Source: Protoeuglena noctilucae
Lineage: Eukaryota
Assembly (NCBI GenBank): GCA_958009085.1
Contig: OY253679.1
Coordinates: 620,001-684,000, forward strand
Direction: 5' to 3'
Length of the DNA stretch: 64,000 bases
Position numbers and translations under genes: made by a program. Shown one piece after another: positions 1 to 13,150 of the stretch; position 1 is the first letter of the stretch, and each line of letters begins with the position of its first letter. The notes beneath the pieces are model-generated. The model ran no database searches and was not told the origin of the DNA. It saw nothing but the letters and a program-made list of their open reading frames with translations.

Positions 1-276
1 ATGGGCGTCCTCCGAGATTCCATCAGGTGAGGTTTCTTTTAATGTCCAGACTGTAGAGCGGTTGGCTCGCATTTGGCGCTCCTGCTGGGAGCAGTCGTGG
101 CTTGGCCTGCCATGGTCAGGCCAGGCAAGCGACACGTTGCCTCCCCGACCCCGCATCGCAGCCGCGTCATCTGGCCCATCGTCGGTCTGCTGAGCATCCC
201 CGCCGGAGTCGTCGCCGCCGCCGTCCTGCTGGAGGGGCGCATCGTGGATGCAGAGTTCGCGGAGAAGCTCGAGTGA
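1..276 (+). CDS. Hypothetical small membrane protein (possibly the 3' part of a gene)
   Basis: ORF 73-276 has two hydrophobic stretches (LALLLGAVVAW; VIWPIVGLLSIPAGVVAAAVLL) and ends at TGA 274-276; 5' structure unclear; no family recognised. Confidence 0.3.
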
Positions 277-398
277 ATGTGCTGTGAGTTGTGTGCGCAC
301 CTTTCGCAATTTGTGTCTGAGACGTCGCATTCAGTACGTGTCTAACGAGTATTGCAGTAGGACAGACTTTCAAGACAGTCGCGTGGCACTGAGAGCGC

Positions 399-1391
399 TT
401 ATGCGAAGCCCCGAGCCTCCTCCTCCCGGCTGGCCGACGCAGGCCGGGAGCTTGCGCGCCGGTCGAGGATGTACTTCTTGAGCTCCATCCACCGCGGCAC
501 GGCCCGCATCTCCACCTTGTCGCCATTGGTCAGGGTGATGAGCATGTCGCCCCACAGCCCCACGCCGCGGCCCACGGTCACCACGTCCTTGACCTGGCTG
601 TACGCCACGTCGATCTGGTCGCTCTTCCACGGCGCCGTCGTGATGACGGACAGGCGCTTGTCGGTGAAGCGGTACCGCACCCACGCGGCGCGCCCCACCG
701 CCGCGAGCGTCAGCGGCAGCCACACAAGCGTCCACGACAGCGCCACGTTGATCGCCAGGTCACCCCTGCGGACAGCGTGCCAGCGACATTCTCACGGGGC
801 ATGCAGCGCGCTGGCGATCGACGCGACGCTGTGGCATCAGCCGCAGCCACTCACCCGTGCGGGCCGCCCTCCCAGTACACCGTCTCGTTGCTGAAGTCGA
901 ATTTGGGCGCCGCCGTCTTTGCAATCGCCTTCTTCTTCTCTGCTTTCTTCCCCTCACCCTGCGCGTGGAGCCGGGGGCAGTGTTGCGTCAGTGGCGCACC
1001 TCCAGCCCTCGAGGGGAGAGCCGCCTGCGCTCCCAGCGAGCCCCCTCACCAGCGGAGTCTGCCCCTTGGCCTCCTTCAGCTTCCGCAAGCGCGCCTCGAA
1101 GTCATCCTCCTCGTCGGTCGTTTGCGGCGCAGGGCCTGTGCACACAGCAAGAGCTCGTCCGTGGTCCAACCAGCGCGAAACCCAGCGAGCGCGACATAAC
1201 CGTGCGAATGCAACGATCGCGCCACCGCAAAGGAGGCGAGCGCGCCCCACCGCCTCACCTGGCGCGTTTTCTGCCTGCGCCACACATCGCTGGCTCCTGG
1301 GGCCATCAAGAGCCCAGGGCGCGCTGCCAGCCCGCGATCCGCACGGACGGCAGGCCAGACCTGGCCGAAGCTGCACTGCACCCCCCAGCAT
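399..1391 (-). CDS. Probable plastid-targeted bacterial-type PH (bPH_2) domain protein, cyanobacterial-like; about 4 exons
   Basis: Spliced product ETVYWEGGP..GDLAINVALSWTLVWLPLTLAAVGRAAWVRYRFTDKRLSV..RGVGLWGDMLITLTNGDKVEMRAVP resembles the conserved cyanobacterial/plastid PH-domain protein; transit-peptide-like first exon (MLGGAVQLRPGLACR). Confidence 0.7.
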
Positions 1392-1834
1392 CCCGTCGCC
1401 GCGCGCTCTGGATAGGACCGAGCTCTGCGATGCTCCTTGGCAGCCGAACGATGAAGCAAACCCGGTGGTGGTAATCCGTAAGGTACAAATAAGGATGTCA
1501 GAGTGCTGCAGGGAGTCCCCATGGTCTTCTTTAAGGAAAACAGTCGATCTGACTCGGGGCAATGTACCCAACATCGCCGCGGACTGTCTGCACCCGGCCA
1601 GCCCTCCCCCCTCCCTTTTCGGTCACCGGCGCACCTTGGTATAAGGTGGGGCGCTGTCGCGGGCTGATGGCGAGGGGTTGGCCGACCCCCTGCTCTGCAC
1701 GGTCGGCCGCAGCCGACCCCTTCCGCACTGGACAGCAATGTGGGTGTCATGAGATCGATACTGCCTTCGACGGGATCTCTCGGTCTCCCGGCGCTCGCAG
1801 GTCCTGCCTGGGCACCTCGCTGTGAGCCGCCAGG

Positions 1835-2376
1835 ATGGGACACAACGACATCTGGCTCTCTCACCCTACGAAGGACGCGCGGGGGGGGCGGAGGTGGTGA
1901 GCGGGGGCAGGACGGCGGAGCGCGGGGGCTCGGGCCGGCGACTGCCGTGTCCCGTGCGGGAGGCCGATGCCGGGGCTGCCTCGCGTCGCGCCCACGTCAT
2001 GTTGTCCGTAAAGCGCCCGCGGGGGCGTCGCTCGTCTTCTCGCCTGGCCCAGGCTGACTCCTGCCCGCTCGCTTCCCGTCCCCCCGCAGCCGCGTGTGCT
2101 CTAACCAGCACGCCATCATCCGCAAGTACGGCGTCATGATCTGCCGCCAGTGCTTCCGGGACTACGCCAAGGACGTGAGTGCGCCAGGCCCTCCCGGCTG
2201 CCGCTGCGGTCGCTCTTGCCCGCCGCGCCCGCCGCAGCTGCCCGGGACCCCAGCAGCGCCGCCATTGCTGTCCTGACCACCCACTCGCGTGCGGTGACGG
2301 GCAGCAACGGCCCGCAGGGATGAGCTCACCCACCCTTTGCTCCTGTGCGCAGATTGGGTTCCACAAGTACCGGTGA
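1835..2376 (+). CDS. RPS29: 40S ribosomal protein S29 (uS14), 3 coding exons
   Basis: [56 protein letters not shown]; CxxC..CRQC zinc finger; GT-AG introns 1897-2088 and about 2175-2352. Confidence 0.95.
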
Positions 2377-2710
2377 TGGGCTGCATGGATTGCGCCACGG
2401 CGTCCGCGGGTCTAGACCGCATCGAGAGGGCAGCGCGGGGGGCACGTGGTGGGATGTTTGAGTCGCTTGGTGCCTTTTGAAGGCACGCTTCGTTCATTCA
2501 TTCCATGTGGTCATCCTGGGCTCCACTGCGGCCCCCTAAATCGCCCGTGGGCGAGGCTAGCTACTGGCATGGTGGCTACGCGCTCCGGCTGGCCTGCTGA
2601 CGAGCTCTGCCAGGTCCTCCACCTCGGTAGGCAGCACCCTGGGGGGGGAGGGTTGCGCGGTTGCGGCGGCCGTCGCGCGCGGAGTTCCTGTCCAGTCGCC
2701 GCGGGGCAGC

Positions 2711-3960
2711 TCACGTGATGTGTTGGGGCTCCGGCAGGTCTTGGAGGACGAGCACCGAGGGCCCGACGAGCGCCTGGAGGCCCGGGGCCAAACCGTGCCA
2801 GAATATGACGAGCCCGCTGCCGCAGAAGGCCACGTAGTTGCATATCTGCTCCTTGACGTACCGCCAGGACGCGTCGTACCCGTACATGGCCTTGCTGTCG
2901 ACCCAGTGGACCACGTGACCGTTCACGAGCGCCGGCACCGTCAGCAGGGCGTCCGGGGTGTAAGCGCAGTTCGCCTGCCTGCGCGTGGCGGTGCCGGGCC
3001 ACGATACCTGGTCACAGCCGCTGCATTGGGTATCGCACACGAGCAGCGGCGGCGTCACGTTCGCCATGCCCCTCGCCTGAGGTCCTCCTCCGTTTTGAAA
3101 GACAGCCCCAGGTTGCGCAGCCGCGCAGCCAGGATGCACTCGTGCTCCCATCCCGCAATCTGGGCGTACTTGGAGGCCCGCTGCGAGTACTTGCGCTCCT
3201 CCAACTGAAAGCGCATGAACTCCTGCATGCCAGAGAGGACCCCCTCCGTGAGTCACGGCAACACTTGCAAGAGAACGGTACGGCTCACGCTCTCCACACA
3301 CCGCGGCCGCTCACGCTGGAGAGGCGATGGAAGTAGGACTCCCACTCGGGTGCCAGCCCCTCTGCCATGAGTTGCAGCAGACACCCGGGGTCCTTCCCGG
3401 CCTCCGTCCATAGCAGCTTCTCGTTCTTGTCGGTCCCACTGGCCAGATAAGGCCGGGCCGCCGACAGCAGGAACTTGAGCACCTGAAACAGCGCAAACGG
3501 CACTGGTTGCGCTGCTTAGGGTCCACGCGCATGGGGCCTGTATGGGGCGTTGGATTACAAGCCGCCCATCGCGGCAGCGACCAAGAGCAGCTGCCACCTT
3601 GAGAGGCCACAGCTTGTACTTCCAGCATATCTGCTCCACGGAGAGGCCCCCCAGAAAGTCGGCCACCGCAACATCCATCAGCCGGTCCAAAGCCTGCGCC
3701 TTGCGGGTCGAGTAGTCGCGCGCTCTGTGCTCCCAGATGGCAACGAGGGCATCCAGTTGCATCCTGCGGAACGCGCGGGCGTTGGGCTGCGTCAGGCCAC
3801 TTGAAATGCCAGCTCTGGTTGTTTGCTGCGGCAGGGTGGGGGCCCCGCACCCCGGGAACGCCCGCAGGATGGCGTCGTAGTTCGGCTGAGACCCCAACGG
3901 TATTCTGTCCAGCCACGCCACGACCGCAGCGACATCAGCGGCCTCCCCCTGCCTCGCCAT
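2711..3960 (-). CDS. CDIN1/C15orf41-like TPD-domain protein (PD-(D/E)xK nuclease fold)
   Basis: Spliced C-terminus GWEHECILAARLRNLGLSFKTEEDLR|QANCAYTPDALLTVPALVNGHVVHWVDSKAMYG..QICNYVAFCGSGLVIFWHG matches the TPD..W(I/V)DSKA..G.VIYW.G pattern; requires GC-AG intron 2979-3076. Confidence 0.75.
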
Positions 3961-4329
3961 CGTCCCCACCCCGAACGGGCGGGCACCCTGTGGCCCCAGG
4001 CTGGTCACAGCACGCGAGTCATGGTACACCCGCCCAATGCCCCCGCAATCGTGCGACTGACGGAAGCTGCCCCGCCATCGACGGTATCTCTTCCAGAGGT
4101 CGACGCCAGGCTCTGGCGTCTCACGTGCGAGGCCCGCTGTCGCGACTCAAGCCGCCCTGCCCTCTCCCTCGGCATCATTTGCGTGGCCACTATCTGCTGC
4201 ACTGGACAGGCTATCCGCAGCGTTTCGCTGACAGCTTCTGAGCCTCGTCGCGTCTCGAGCTCCACGTGCGGCCGGGCACGCGGGTGGATTGGCCGGAGGA
4301 CGGCGGCGTCGGGGATCTAGACCGGGACC

Positions 4330-5575
4330 ATGGCGCGGTATGACCGCGCCATCACGGTCTTCTCGCCGGACGGCCACTTGTGAGGGCGCGCGCGCGAAGG
4401 GCGCACGAGGATGGCTCGCTCCAGATCCCGGCCCTCAAAACGCCCGGCATGTGCGGTGCCAGGCTCCGGTAGACCGAGAGTATCGGCTGGCTGCAGGTTC
4501 CAGGTCGAGTACGCCCTGGAGGCGGTGAAGAAGGGGACACTTGCGGTCGGGCTCAAGGGGAAGGCGAGCCGCGACTCTACTGCAGCCCGCCGCGCACCCA
4601 AGCAGACTGCCTTGGGATGAGAGTGTTCACACGCGTGGGATCTCGCTGTGCGGCCCCGCAGGACGTCGTGGTGCTTGGCATTGAGAAGAAGAGCGCGGCC
4701 CAGCTCCAGGACGCGCGGATCGTGAAGAAGATTGTGAGCATCGACGACCACATCTGCATGGCATTTGCTGGCTTGACGGCGGACGCCCGTGTCCTGGCGG
4801 ACATGGCTCGGGTCGAGGGGCAGAGCTACAGGTGCGCGTGTGCGTCGTGCATGTCCTTTGCTCCGTGCCGCACCATGTCCGCGTCGTTGGTTGTCATCGT
4901 TGCGATGCACGGGACGTCCGCAGGCTCTCGTTCGACGAGCGCGTGGACGTGGAGTACATGGCAAGGTTCATCACAGGGGTGCAGCAGCGCTACACGCAGT
5001 CGGGCGGGCGGCGTCCGTTCGGCATTTCCGCGCTGATCGCCGGCTTCTCTCCGCTCGGCGAACCCTGCCTCTTCCAGACCGACCCCTCGGGCAACTATGC
5101 GGCCTGGAAGGCGAGTCACGCGGGCCGCCTCGCCTCGCTGCACGTAACGGGGTTATCTCTCTGCTGTGAGAGCCGGAACTGAGCCAGTCGATGCGCGCCT
5201 TCCGCTGCAGGCGAACGCCATGGGCCGCAACAGCAAGGCCACGCGGGAATACCTGGAGAAGAACTACGAGCTCTTGGAGGGGCGCGCAGCGGTCAAGCTC
5301 GTGGTCAAGGCTTTGATGGAGACCGTCGAGGTGTCGGGCAAGACGGGTGAGTGGCGAAGCGGCTGATGGTAAGCGATGGGCATCGGTTGGGCCCGGTGCG
5401 CCACGACTGCGAATACCTCGCGTTCGCAGTGGAGCTGGCCATCATGGAGCGGGACCAGCCCCTGCGGATGTTAAAGGACGACGAGGTGGACGTGCTGGCG
5501 AAGGAGATTGAGGCCGAGAAGGCCGCAGCAGATGCGGCCAAGCGCAGGGGCGGGGCGGGATCCTCCGCGCCTTGA
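4330..5575 (+). CDS. PSMA7: 20S proteasome subunit alpha type-7 (alpha4), 6 exons
   Basis: [86 protein letters not shown]. Confidence 0.95.
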
Positions 5576-6005
5576 GGCACGCGGTGGTGGTGCTGTCGTT
5601 GTTAGGAAATGAAACAAGTACTTGGACTGGAAGTGACGTTTTTGGTCAGGGTCGCTGATTGCTCGTTGCACCAACAACGCGGGGGCAAGCGTCTCCTTGT
5701 CGCGTCTGCAACTGGCAGTGTCATGCGGCCCACACGGGCCTTCTTGGGCCTGCAGACTTGCCGCCATTCTCCATGCGCGCATACAGGTGTCAGTGCTCGT
5801 GCACGACGAGCCATCGGTGCAGTTTGCGAGCACTGACAGCGCTAGACAGTTGGTGGGGCCGCCCCAGTGACCGGCCGGCAGACGCCTGCAGGCTGTGACT
5901 CGTCACGGATGCTTTATGACATTGCTAATCACGCCGCGTGGTTGTGCCTTGCCCTCCTCCGCCCCGGCCTCGACGCGGCCGGGGTGACATCGCGCGGCAG
6001 CGCAA

Positions 6006-7270
6006 TGCCCTCCGTCAATCACCCGTTTGAGGCGAGAATCGGCCCCCGTGTAGCATCCCGCAATACATATTGTTCATGGCACCCGGAAAGGCTTTCTTTG
6101 ACCGAAGTCGCGCAGCTGCTGCCCCTTTCTTGTCCCGCAGCAGTCCCTCAGCCTCCTCGCCCTGCTGGGCGTCGCATTTCTCCCGGAGCTGTTATGGAGG
6201 CGCGGTCAAACTCCCACAGCTTCCGGTGGCGCTGCGGAATCGCCGATCCGAGAGCCCGGCCCCCGGACCCCGTGCGCCAAAGAGGTCGATGTCGATGTTG
6301 AGGCGGCCATGGGCTTTTACGCCAACATTCTGCCCCGCGGTGGACCGGACATCGCTGCTCGACCTCGCGCAATGCGCCTGCTGTCGGGATCGGCGCCAGG
6401 GAGCAACTTGGGGAGCGACGTGCCGCGGCCGACCCGACAGTCGACAGCATCGCCGTTGCTGGGGCAGGGCTTGGCTGCCGCGGCCCTCGCGCACGTCGCA
6501 CAGTTCAAGTGAGCGGCGCGCTGGAGCCGCATGCCGTCGCTGGACGAGCGTGGGTGGCTGGGCATGCACGCACACTGATGCCTGGGTGTTACCCCGTCTG
6601 GGGCAGAACCCATATCACTGGGTGAGCATGTGCCTCTCGTGACGTGCTCTGCAGGCAAGAACAGGTGCTGGAGCGGGCGCGGTCTTTAACCGAGGGCCGG
6701 GAGCGCTCCGTGGAGGCGGACGTCTCGCGGGTGGAAGGAGCCATGGCCCGCGCGGTGCCACCCGATTCGGCACGCATCTCGCGCCTCGCCTCCTGCCTCC
6801 GCTCCCCGCCCGCGTCCGCCTCGAGCCCGAGGGGCGACTCCGGGCACCGCTCTCGCCGCGCGAGCCTCCCCAACACGGACTCTGGGCCCCCCCAGGGCCG
6901 GGGCCGGGGCCTCGTTTTCGCGACGTCCGTCATGGACAGCATGAGCGTTTCTTCTGAGGGCACCGTGGACGCCGACGAGTCTGTGCGCGTGGTGGACAAC
7001 CCCCTGGCGCTGGTGGGGTCCGAGGGGGACGTGACGAGCAAGGGCGGGGACCGGGAGGGCGGGGAGGACGGCCCGGAGCTGCAAATGGTCGGGGTGCTGT
7101 TTCACCAAATCGAGCAGCTGGTGCAGAGCAAGGCGGAGGTGGCGGCGGAGCGGGAGAGGCTGGCCAGGGAAAACGTGCACCTGGCGGAGCTGGTCGAGTA
7201 TTTGACAGGTAGGGAGCAGCGAGAGGAGTGGGGTGAGGCAGGGGTCCCCGGCATGTCTGGTTGTCAGTGA
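6006..7270 (+). CDS. Hypothetical protein with C-terminal coiled coil
   Basis: Last exon (about 6655-7270) has GC3-biased codons and a heptad-like stretch LFHQIEQLVQSKAEVAAERERLARENVHLAELVEYL; upstream exons and start uncertain. Confidence 0.35.
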
Positions 7271-7464
7271 GCCTATCCGCGTGCCTCCCTGTGCGCAGCC
7301 ACCCTGCAAGCGATCGAGCAGCGGGGGTACCTGCCCATCACAAGCGCGGCTACGGCAGGGGACGGAAGGGCGTCTGGGAACACGCCAGAGCTGGGGTAAG
7401 GGGGGCAGGCGCAGGGGGCACGGGAGGCCGACACGCCCCCCGAGTCCCCCCGGTGACGTGGCCC

Positions 7465-7539
7465 GTGCCGATCGGATCCAGTTGAAGCAGTGCCAATCGG
7501 ATCCAGTTGAAGCAGTGCCGATCGGATCCAGTTGAAGCA
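7465..7539. repeat. Tandem repeat, 3 x 25 bp (GTGCCGATCGGATCCAGTTGAAGCA)
   Basis: Units at 7465-7489, 7490-7514 (one substitution) and 7515-7539; no spacers. Confidence 0.9.
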
Positions 7540-7609
7540 GGCTACGCTACCCATGCGCAAAGGCTACGGTACTCTACTATGCAGGGGCGGTATCCGTTTC
7601 CTGTCGCTG

Positions 7610-8478
7610 CTACAGGTCCTCGCGCAGTGCGTCCTGCACGCTCGTGCCGGTGGCCCTCGACCGGTTCTGCTGCGCCGCGATGCGGCTGGTTGCGTGGTCT
7701 ACGCGCGCCTGGCGCTGCATCTCCGAGGCCTTCTGGCTGTGGTTGAGGCGGTAGCTGCTGGGGCGACGGTAGGCGTCGTGTTCGTCTGCCGACTGCAGCG
7801 ACATGTGGGACCGCTGCAGCTCGTTTCGCAAGGATGTGAAGTCCGCGACTCCTTGCACGTCTGCGGACGCAGGCACGAAGCGTGTGGGCGGGGCTGAGGC
7901 CTGCGAAAGATCGCACCACGCGCGCCGGCAAATGGCTAGCGACCTCACGGCAACGCACCTGTCACCGCCGCCTTTCCACTGTGCACCTTGTCCCAAAACG
8001 CATGCACGTCGCCCACTTGGCTGCGATACGCCGTTGCACGTGCGCTGCGAAGGGGCAACAGGGTCGACAGTCGACGTCGCAGCACCCAGTGGTCCCGTAC
8101 AAAAAGCGTGCGGTCCTGCCTCACCTCTTCCCGCGCCGCCACCACTTGTGGTCATCGGAGGTGCTGGCCTTGCTTGACTCGGCAGTGTAGTTGCCAAACG
8201 ACCATGGCGCCTTGGCGACCTCACTCGAAGGGCCCGTGTTCGTCGTGAACTCGCTCCTGCATGTGTAGACGGTCGCAGACGGTCGACTTGACGTGGATAT
8301 TGCACAGCGCAGCTGTCGCACGAGTCGGGCGGTGCTTTCGCAACAATCGGGCCACAACAACACCCGACATGTGCCGACATTGACGGTACCCGTGAGCGCA
8401 ACGCTGCCCCGCGTCGCACCTCCCGAGTATTGGGCCGACTCCAACCCCCTTCTGACTTGGAATAAAGGGCGTCGCCAT
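7610..8478 (-). CDS. Hypothetical small multi-exon protein
   Basis: Last exon DVQGVADFTSLRNELQRSHMSLQSADEHDAYRRPSSYRLNHSQKASEMQRQARVDHATSRIAAQQNRSR..EDL* follows a CAG acceptor; upstream exons tentative. Confidence 0.35.
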
Positions 8479-9186
8479 TTACAACAGCGCTCCCTGGAGG
8501 GGCGCCACGACAGTGTCACAGAAAAGGACGCCAACTGCGCAATTGGCGTCCCCGCCCGCCAGTCCACGCAGGGGTTCAGGTACTGTGGACGATACCGCGA
8601 CGCCCGGTGCGACCGGAGAGATGCCCCAACACTTCAAAGCGTCCCAAAGCTCAGCGCAATGATAGAAACTATTGGCGCGGAGTTGCGCGGCGATAAACGC
8701 GCGGGTATAGCGGCGTGTGGTTCCGAACGATGACTAGGTGCGGCGAGCAGCGACTGGCTCCTTTCTCTCACAGCGACCAGGACCCTGCACTCTGACTCAG
8801 CTGGCCTCCCTCGGGCAGGCCTTGGGTAGAAGATGTTATGGCGGTGAGAACGTGCTACAATTGCAAGTCACGTCCCGTGCCCGCCCTGCGGACGACGAAT
8901 TGTACACGCTTTGCGGCGGTACCAGGGGCTCAGCACGATGAAGCCCAGATGGTTTCCAGACTCACCGTGAGCGAATGATCGGAAACGCACTCCCTCGTGC
9001 GTTCCCACCATCCGAAGACTCTTCCCTCGGTCTGTTGCCCGGGTCTGCCGCCTGGGTGGGCCCGACACGCACCCAGCGCCCATTGCCTGCACACAGACCA
9101 CAGGACGATGACACATCAGCATCCGACAAATCACGTGGCTAACGCATTCACAAACAAGTGACAACGCGCAGAGCACATCATTCAGC

Positions 9187-12100
9187 TCACGCCTTCCAGA
9201 TGCCACGCGGCCCCCACCGTTGCTCCGGAGCCCAGGCAGCACTTCTGGCGGTGGCTTCCCGACGGATCCCGAGGCTCTGTGGCTCGGCGACGGCGACCGC
9301 GGCGGTCGCAGGCTCGGCTCCGGAGACCTGGCCTGCGGTGGTACCTCTGGCGACCCCCGCGCGCTGGCCCCCGCCTCGACGGCGCAGCCGACGGCCGCCA
9401 ACGCGGCGTCGCCTGACCCGGACGCGGGCCCCGCCGCAGCGTCTCCATTGCGGGCCGGTGCGCCGACCCGGCGCGGCACCCGCAACGAGGGCCTTCGGGA
9501 TGCCCTGCGCGGGGACTCCCCACCGCCCGCGTCCGCCTTGGGACCCGCCCACACGCCCGCACCCCGCCGGCCCTCGACTCCGGCCAACGGCGTCCACCCA
9601 CCGGCATCCGGCGCGGGCGCGGGCGCGGCCGTGGTCTGCATGGTCTGTGCGGTTCGCCTCCACCCAGGGTCCGCACTGTCCAGGGACGCTCGGGGTCTTG
9701 CCCCGGACACTGGCGGTTGCATGGGGCCTATGAGCGACGAGTGGCTGGGCATGCGCGACGGCCTCGTGGGCGACAGGGCAAGGAGAAAGGTCTGCTCGGT
9801 GCTGGTGCGCTCCGACTGCTTCTGCGTGTGTCACAGGGCAGGTCTGCTCAGTGCTGCTGACGTGAGACCGACCAATGGAACGCATGACTCTTTGCAAGCA
9901 CGACCCTTCTTTGCAAGCACAACCCTGTGCAGTCATGAGCAGACTCGCCTGCGCGATGAGGGACGTCCCCACGGGCGCCTGGCCCAGGATCGCCCTTGCC
10001 AGTTCCTTGGCACGCCCCGTCAAACCACCGTTGCCCGGCACCCTCCCCGCCTCTGCTGCCCGCGTCCCCTGCGCGTCAGACATCCGGATGCCCAGCGCCC
10101 TCCTGGCGTGCTCCTTCGGGAGCAGGCTCGCATGCACGGTGTCGTTCGGCGGCCCCGGCCCCTCCCCGTCCCCGCGTGGTGTGGTGGAGGGGAACGCGCC
10201 CGTGCCGGGGCTCTCGGGCGCTGAGAGGGTCACGCTGTGCAGCCGCGTGCCAGCGTGAGGGTCGAACGCCACCAGGTGCCCCGGCACGGCGTCCGACGCA
10301 GAGGCCGGCGCCCCTTGCGGCGACGTGAGGCTGTTGTGCCGCACGAGAGGGGCAGGGTCCATGGCTGCGTGTCCCGGCGACTCCATGGCCACCACATGCC
10401 CCCGCGCGTCCAACCCAAAGAGCTGCAGACTCTTGGCACGCCTGGCCACCTGCAGATGTGCAAATGAAGCTTTATTCTTCCCTTCACTCTCCCGTCATCA
10501 CAGGGATACGGCTGCGCGTGGAGGGCTGCGCGTGGAGGGCTGTGGTTGGGCACACAAACTGGGCTCACTTCGGAATCCCCCACCGTTACCCGCACTAGCG
10601 GCCATCAGCAGCCGAGCTCACCTTGGGACCCCCCGGGAGGACGGCAGCGGGGATCCGGCCCAGCTCGTCTCCCCGCCCGGGCGAGGGACTCCGACCCTGC
10701 AACAACTCCGTCACCAGATCCACGGTGGCTGGGGTCGAGGGGGCCGCACGAGTAGGGCCGCCCAGGGCGCTCAGCACGCGCTGCGCAGCGTCGCCCGTCG
10801 GCTCCGTCGGGGTCATCGCCAGTCCCTCCATCCTCAGTGCCCGGGCCCGCATCATGTCGCGCGACTTGGCCCGGCCCAGCGCCCGCTGCACGCTGTCAGC
10901 CGCAGCAGCCGCCTGCGGCGCAGTGAAGAGCGCCAGAGGTCACAGGCGCATTCCCGCTAATGCCTCTACTATCAGTCCCGTTGTCAAACCGTGTCCAGGC
11001 ACTCTGTGCCACGGAAGCTAGCCGAGGCAGCGGCTGACCTGTAGGCGCTCTCGCACCGCGCTCAACCGCGCCACCTCCCTGGCCCTGCGGGGGCAAAGTA
11101 GATGCCTATGTTGACCCAGGGATCGCGTCCTCAGCATACAAAGCCGCCCATCGATCCATCAATGAGGAGCCGCTCTTTGGCCAACTGCAGCAGCGGCCGT
11201 CACCTCACGCGCGACGCGATGCACGAGGCCAGATGTTTGGGACCTCCCCCGGCCACCCACACGTGGCCGATCGCGTCCCTGGCCAGGCTGCAAGTGCCGT
11301 CCCATGGGGACCACTGACCCGGTCCGCAACTGAGCTCCCTGCGCAGAGGGAGGACAATGCTGACATTCAGAAACCATCAGTCAAATGAGAGATAGCTCGT
11401 AGCAATTGTAGAGGGACTGAGTGCATCGACATTTACTGCTTGTCTTCATGGCGTGACCCATCACAGCATGTTACACACGTCATGCCCCCGCCCCACTGAC
11501 CCTACCACGCTCAGCAGCCTCGCCTGCACCCCACTGCCCCTCGCCGCGCTCAGCAGTCTCGCCTGCACCGCTCCTGCACGCGCTCCTCGAACTCCGCAGA
11601 CCGCCACGAGGACCAAACGTCCCAGGCGTCTTTGTCCTCCACCGCCCCCACCCCACCCGCCCCGCGCCCACCACCCCGCAGCAGCCGTGCCGCCACCAGA
11701 CCCGCGGCCAGGTCATCGGGATGGGGCAGGACGAGGCGCGACCCGAACGGTGCCTCACAGAGGTCCACAATGGGCCCACGTGGGCCGTCCGTGCCCTCAT
11801 GCCTCGCGATGAGGACTTCACCCGGTGGATCCGATTCCTCATCCCTCGACGCGTTCCTCCCGCCCTCTCTCCACTGCCACACCTGCGGGTGGCCGACCCT
11901 TGCCGCCCGGTCAGCGCCCATCGCCCACGCGGCACTGCCCGCTAAGAAACCTCATGAAACAAGCCCCCTGCCGCAACTGCACCCTATCCTGTGGTGCATG
12001 TGCACCCGGCCACCCTCAGAGAGACTCGCCTGGCCCTCAGACTTGGCGGTGACTGCCGCGGACGTGGGTGGGAGCGTGACCTTGACGGAAAGGGTCTGCA

Positions 12101-13150
12101 GGGCGTAGCGCTCCAAGAGACCACTCGTCCCGGGACCGTCGTCCCAAGCCCCGAAACTCCCCGCAGCGCCTGCAGGCACGGCACATGAGCTATGTGTTGC
12201 ACAGGACGGGACGCGTGGCCCACGAGGGCTGTGGCTGCCAGCGTTGCCATAGCTGCGACGCACCGCCGTCCTCCGAATGCGTAATCAGGTGCAGCGGGCC
12301 CACGTGGTTGTCCTGGCCACGCTTCCCGCCCTCCCGCACCTGCGGGCACGCAACAAGCGCTGCCAGTCCAGCCCTCGCGCTTCCATGGCATGCATTACAT
12401 GCAACAAAAGCGCAGCGTAAAACAAGCACAACGCCGTTTCCCGAGCCCCCCTGCAGTGGCAGGTGTCTGTGTCCACCCCCGCTCACCACCATGAGGCGGA
12501 CCCCTACGCCGGCCCCAGAGAGCGTGGAGTCCTGGTCCAGCAGCCGGCGGGGCTGCCGCAGGGGGGACGGCAGCCCAGCGGAGGAAGCGGGGGCTGCCTG
12601 CACACCAGGCGAGTCCGCTGCTGGTGTCCCATGCGCTGCGCCCTCTGTCGCGGCACCCGGCGAGACGGAGCCTTCGTCCGCCACCCAGTCGTGGCTGCCC
12701 AGACTTTCGATCTCGCTCGGCCTCGCGCTCCCTGCGAAGGCGCTGCCGCGAGGGCGGCTGTCCCGGGCTTGCGCCACCCCCAGGGGTGTGGACGTCCCTG
12801 GGCCTGGGCCTGCCGACGGCGCCGGCACAGCAGCGCCCCGGACGCGCACACTGATGCCGAGCTTGAGCCACTCTGCAGCGGCGGAGCCAAGAGGCGCTGT
12901 CGCGCACCTGCCCGCACGGATACCGTCGAGACCTTTTTCACCCTTGCTGCGGTTCCCCCGCACCTTTGACCTGGTCCTCGACGGGCCGGTGCGTCTGCCG
13001 GTCCTCTGCCATCCTCGACGGCTGGCCATCCCGCCTTGCTGGGCGAAGGGTGTCGCCGTGAGCGCGGGGCACGCATGCGCCACCCTCCAGCCCAGCCTGA
13101 ACGCGGGCCCAGGACCTCCCGACGGTGTCCGCCCCCCAGTCCCCCATGCT
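9187..13150 (-). CDS. Large hypothetical low-complexity (Ala/Pro/Ser/Gly-rich) multi-exon protein; could be more than one gene
   Basis: Long minus-strand ORFs (12190-13224, 10595-10891, 9187-10449) are separated by minus-strand GTGAG donors and CAG acceptors; no domain recognised. Confidence 0.3.

Noticed and set aside
7465..7539. CRISPR array
   Set aside because: The repeats are directly adjacent with no spacers, there are no cas genes, and the context is eukaryotic
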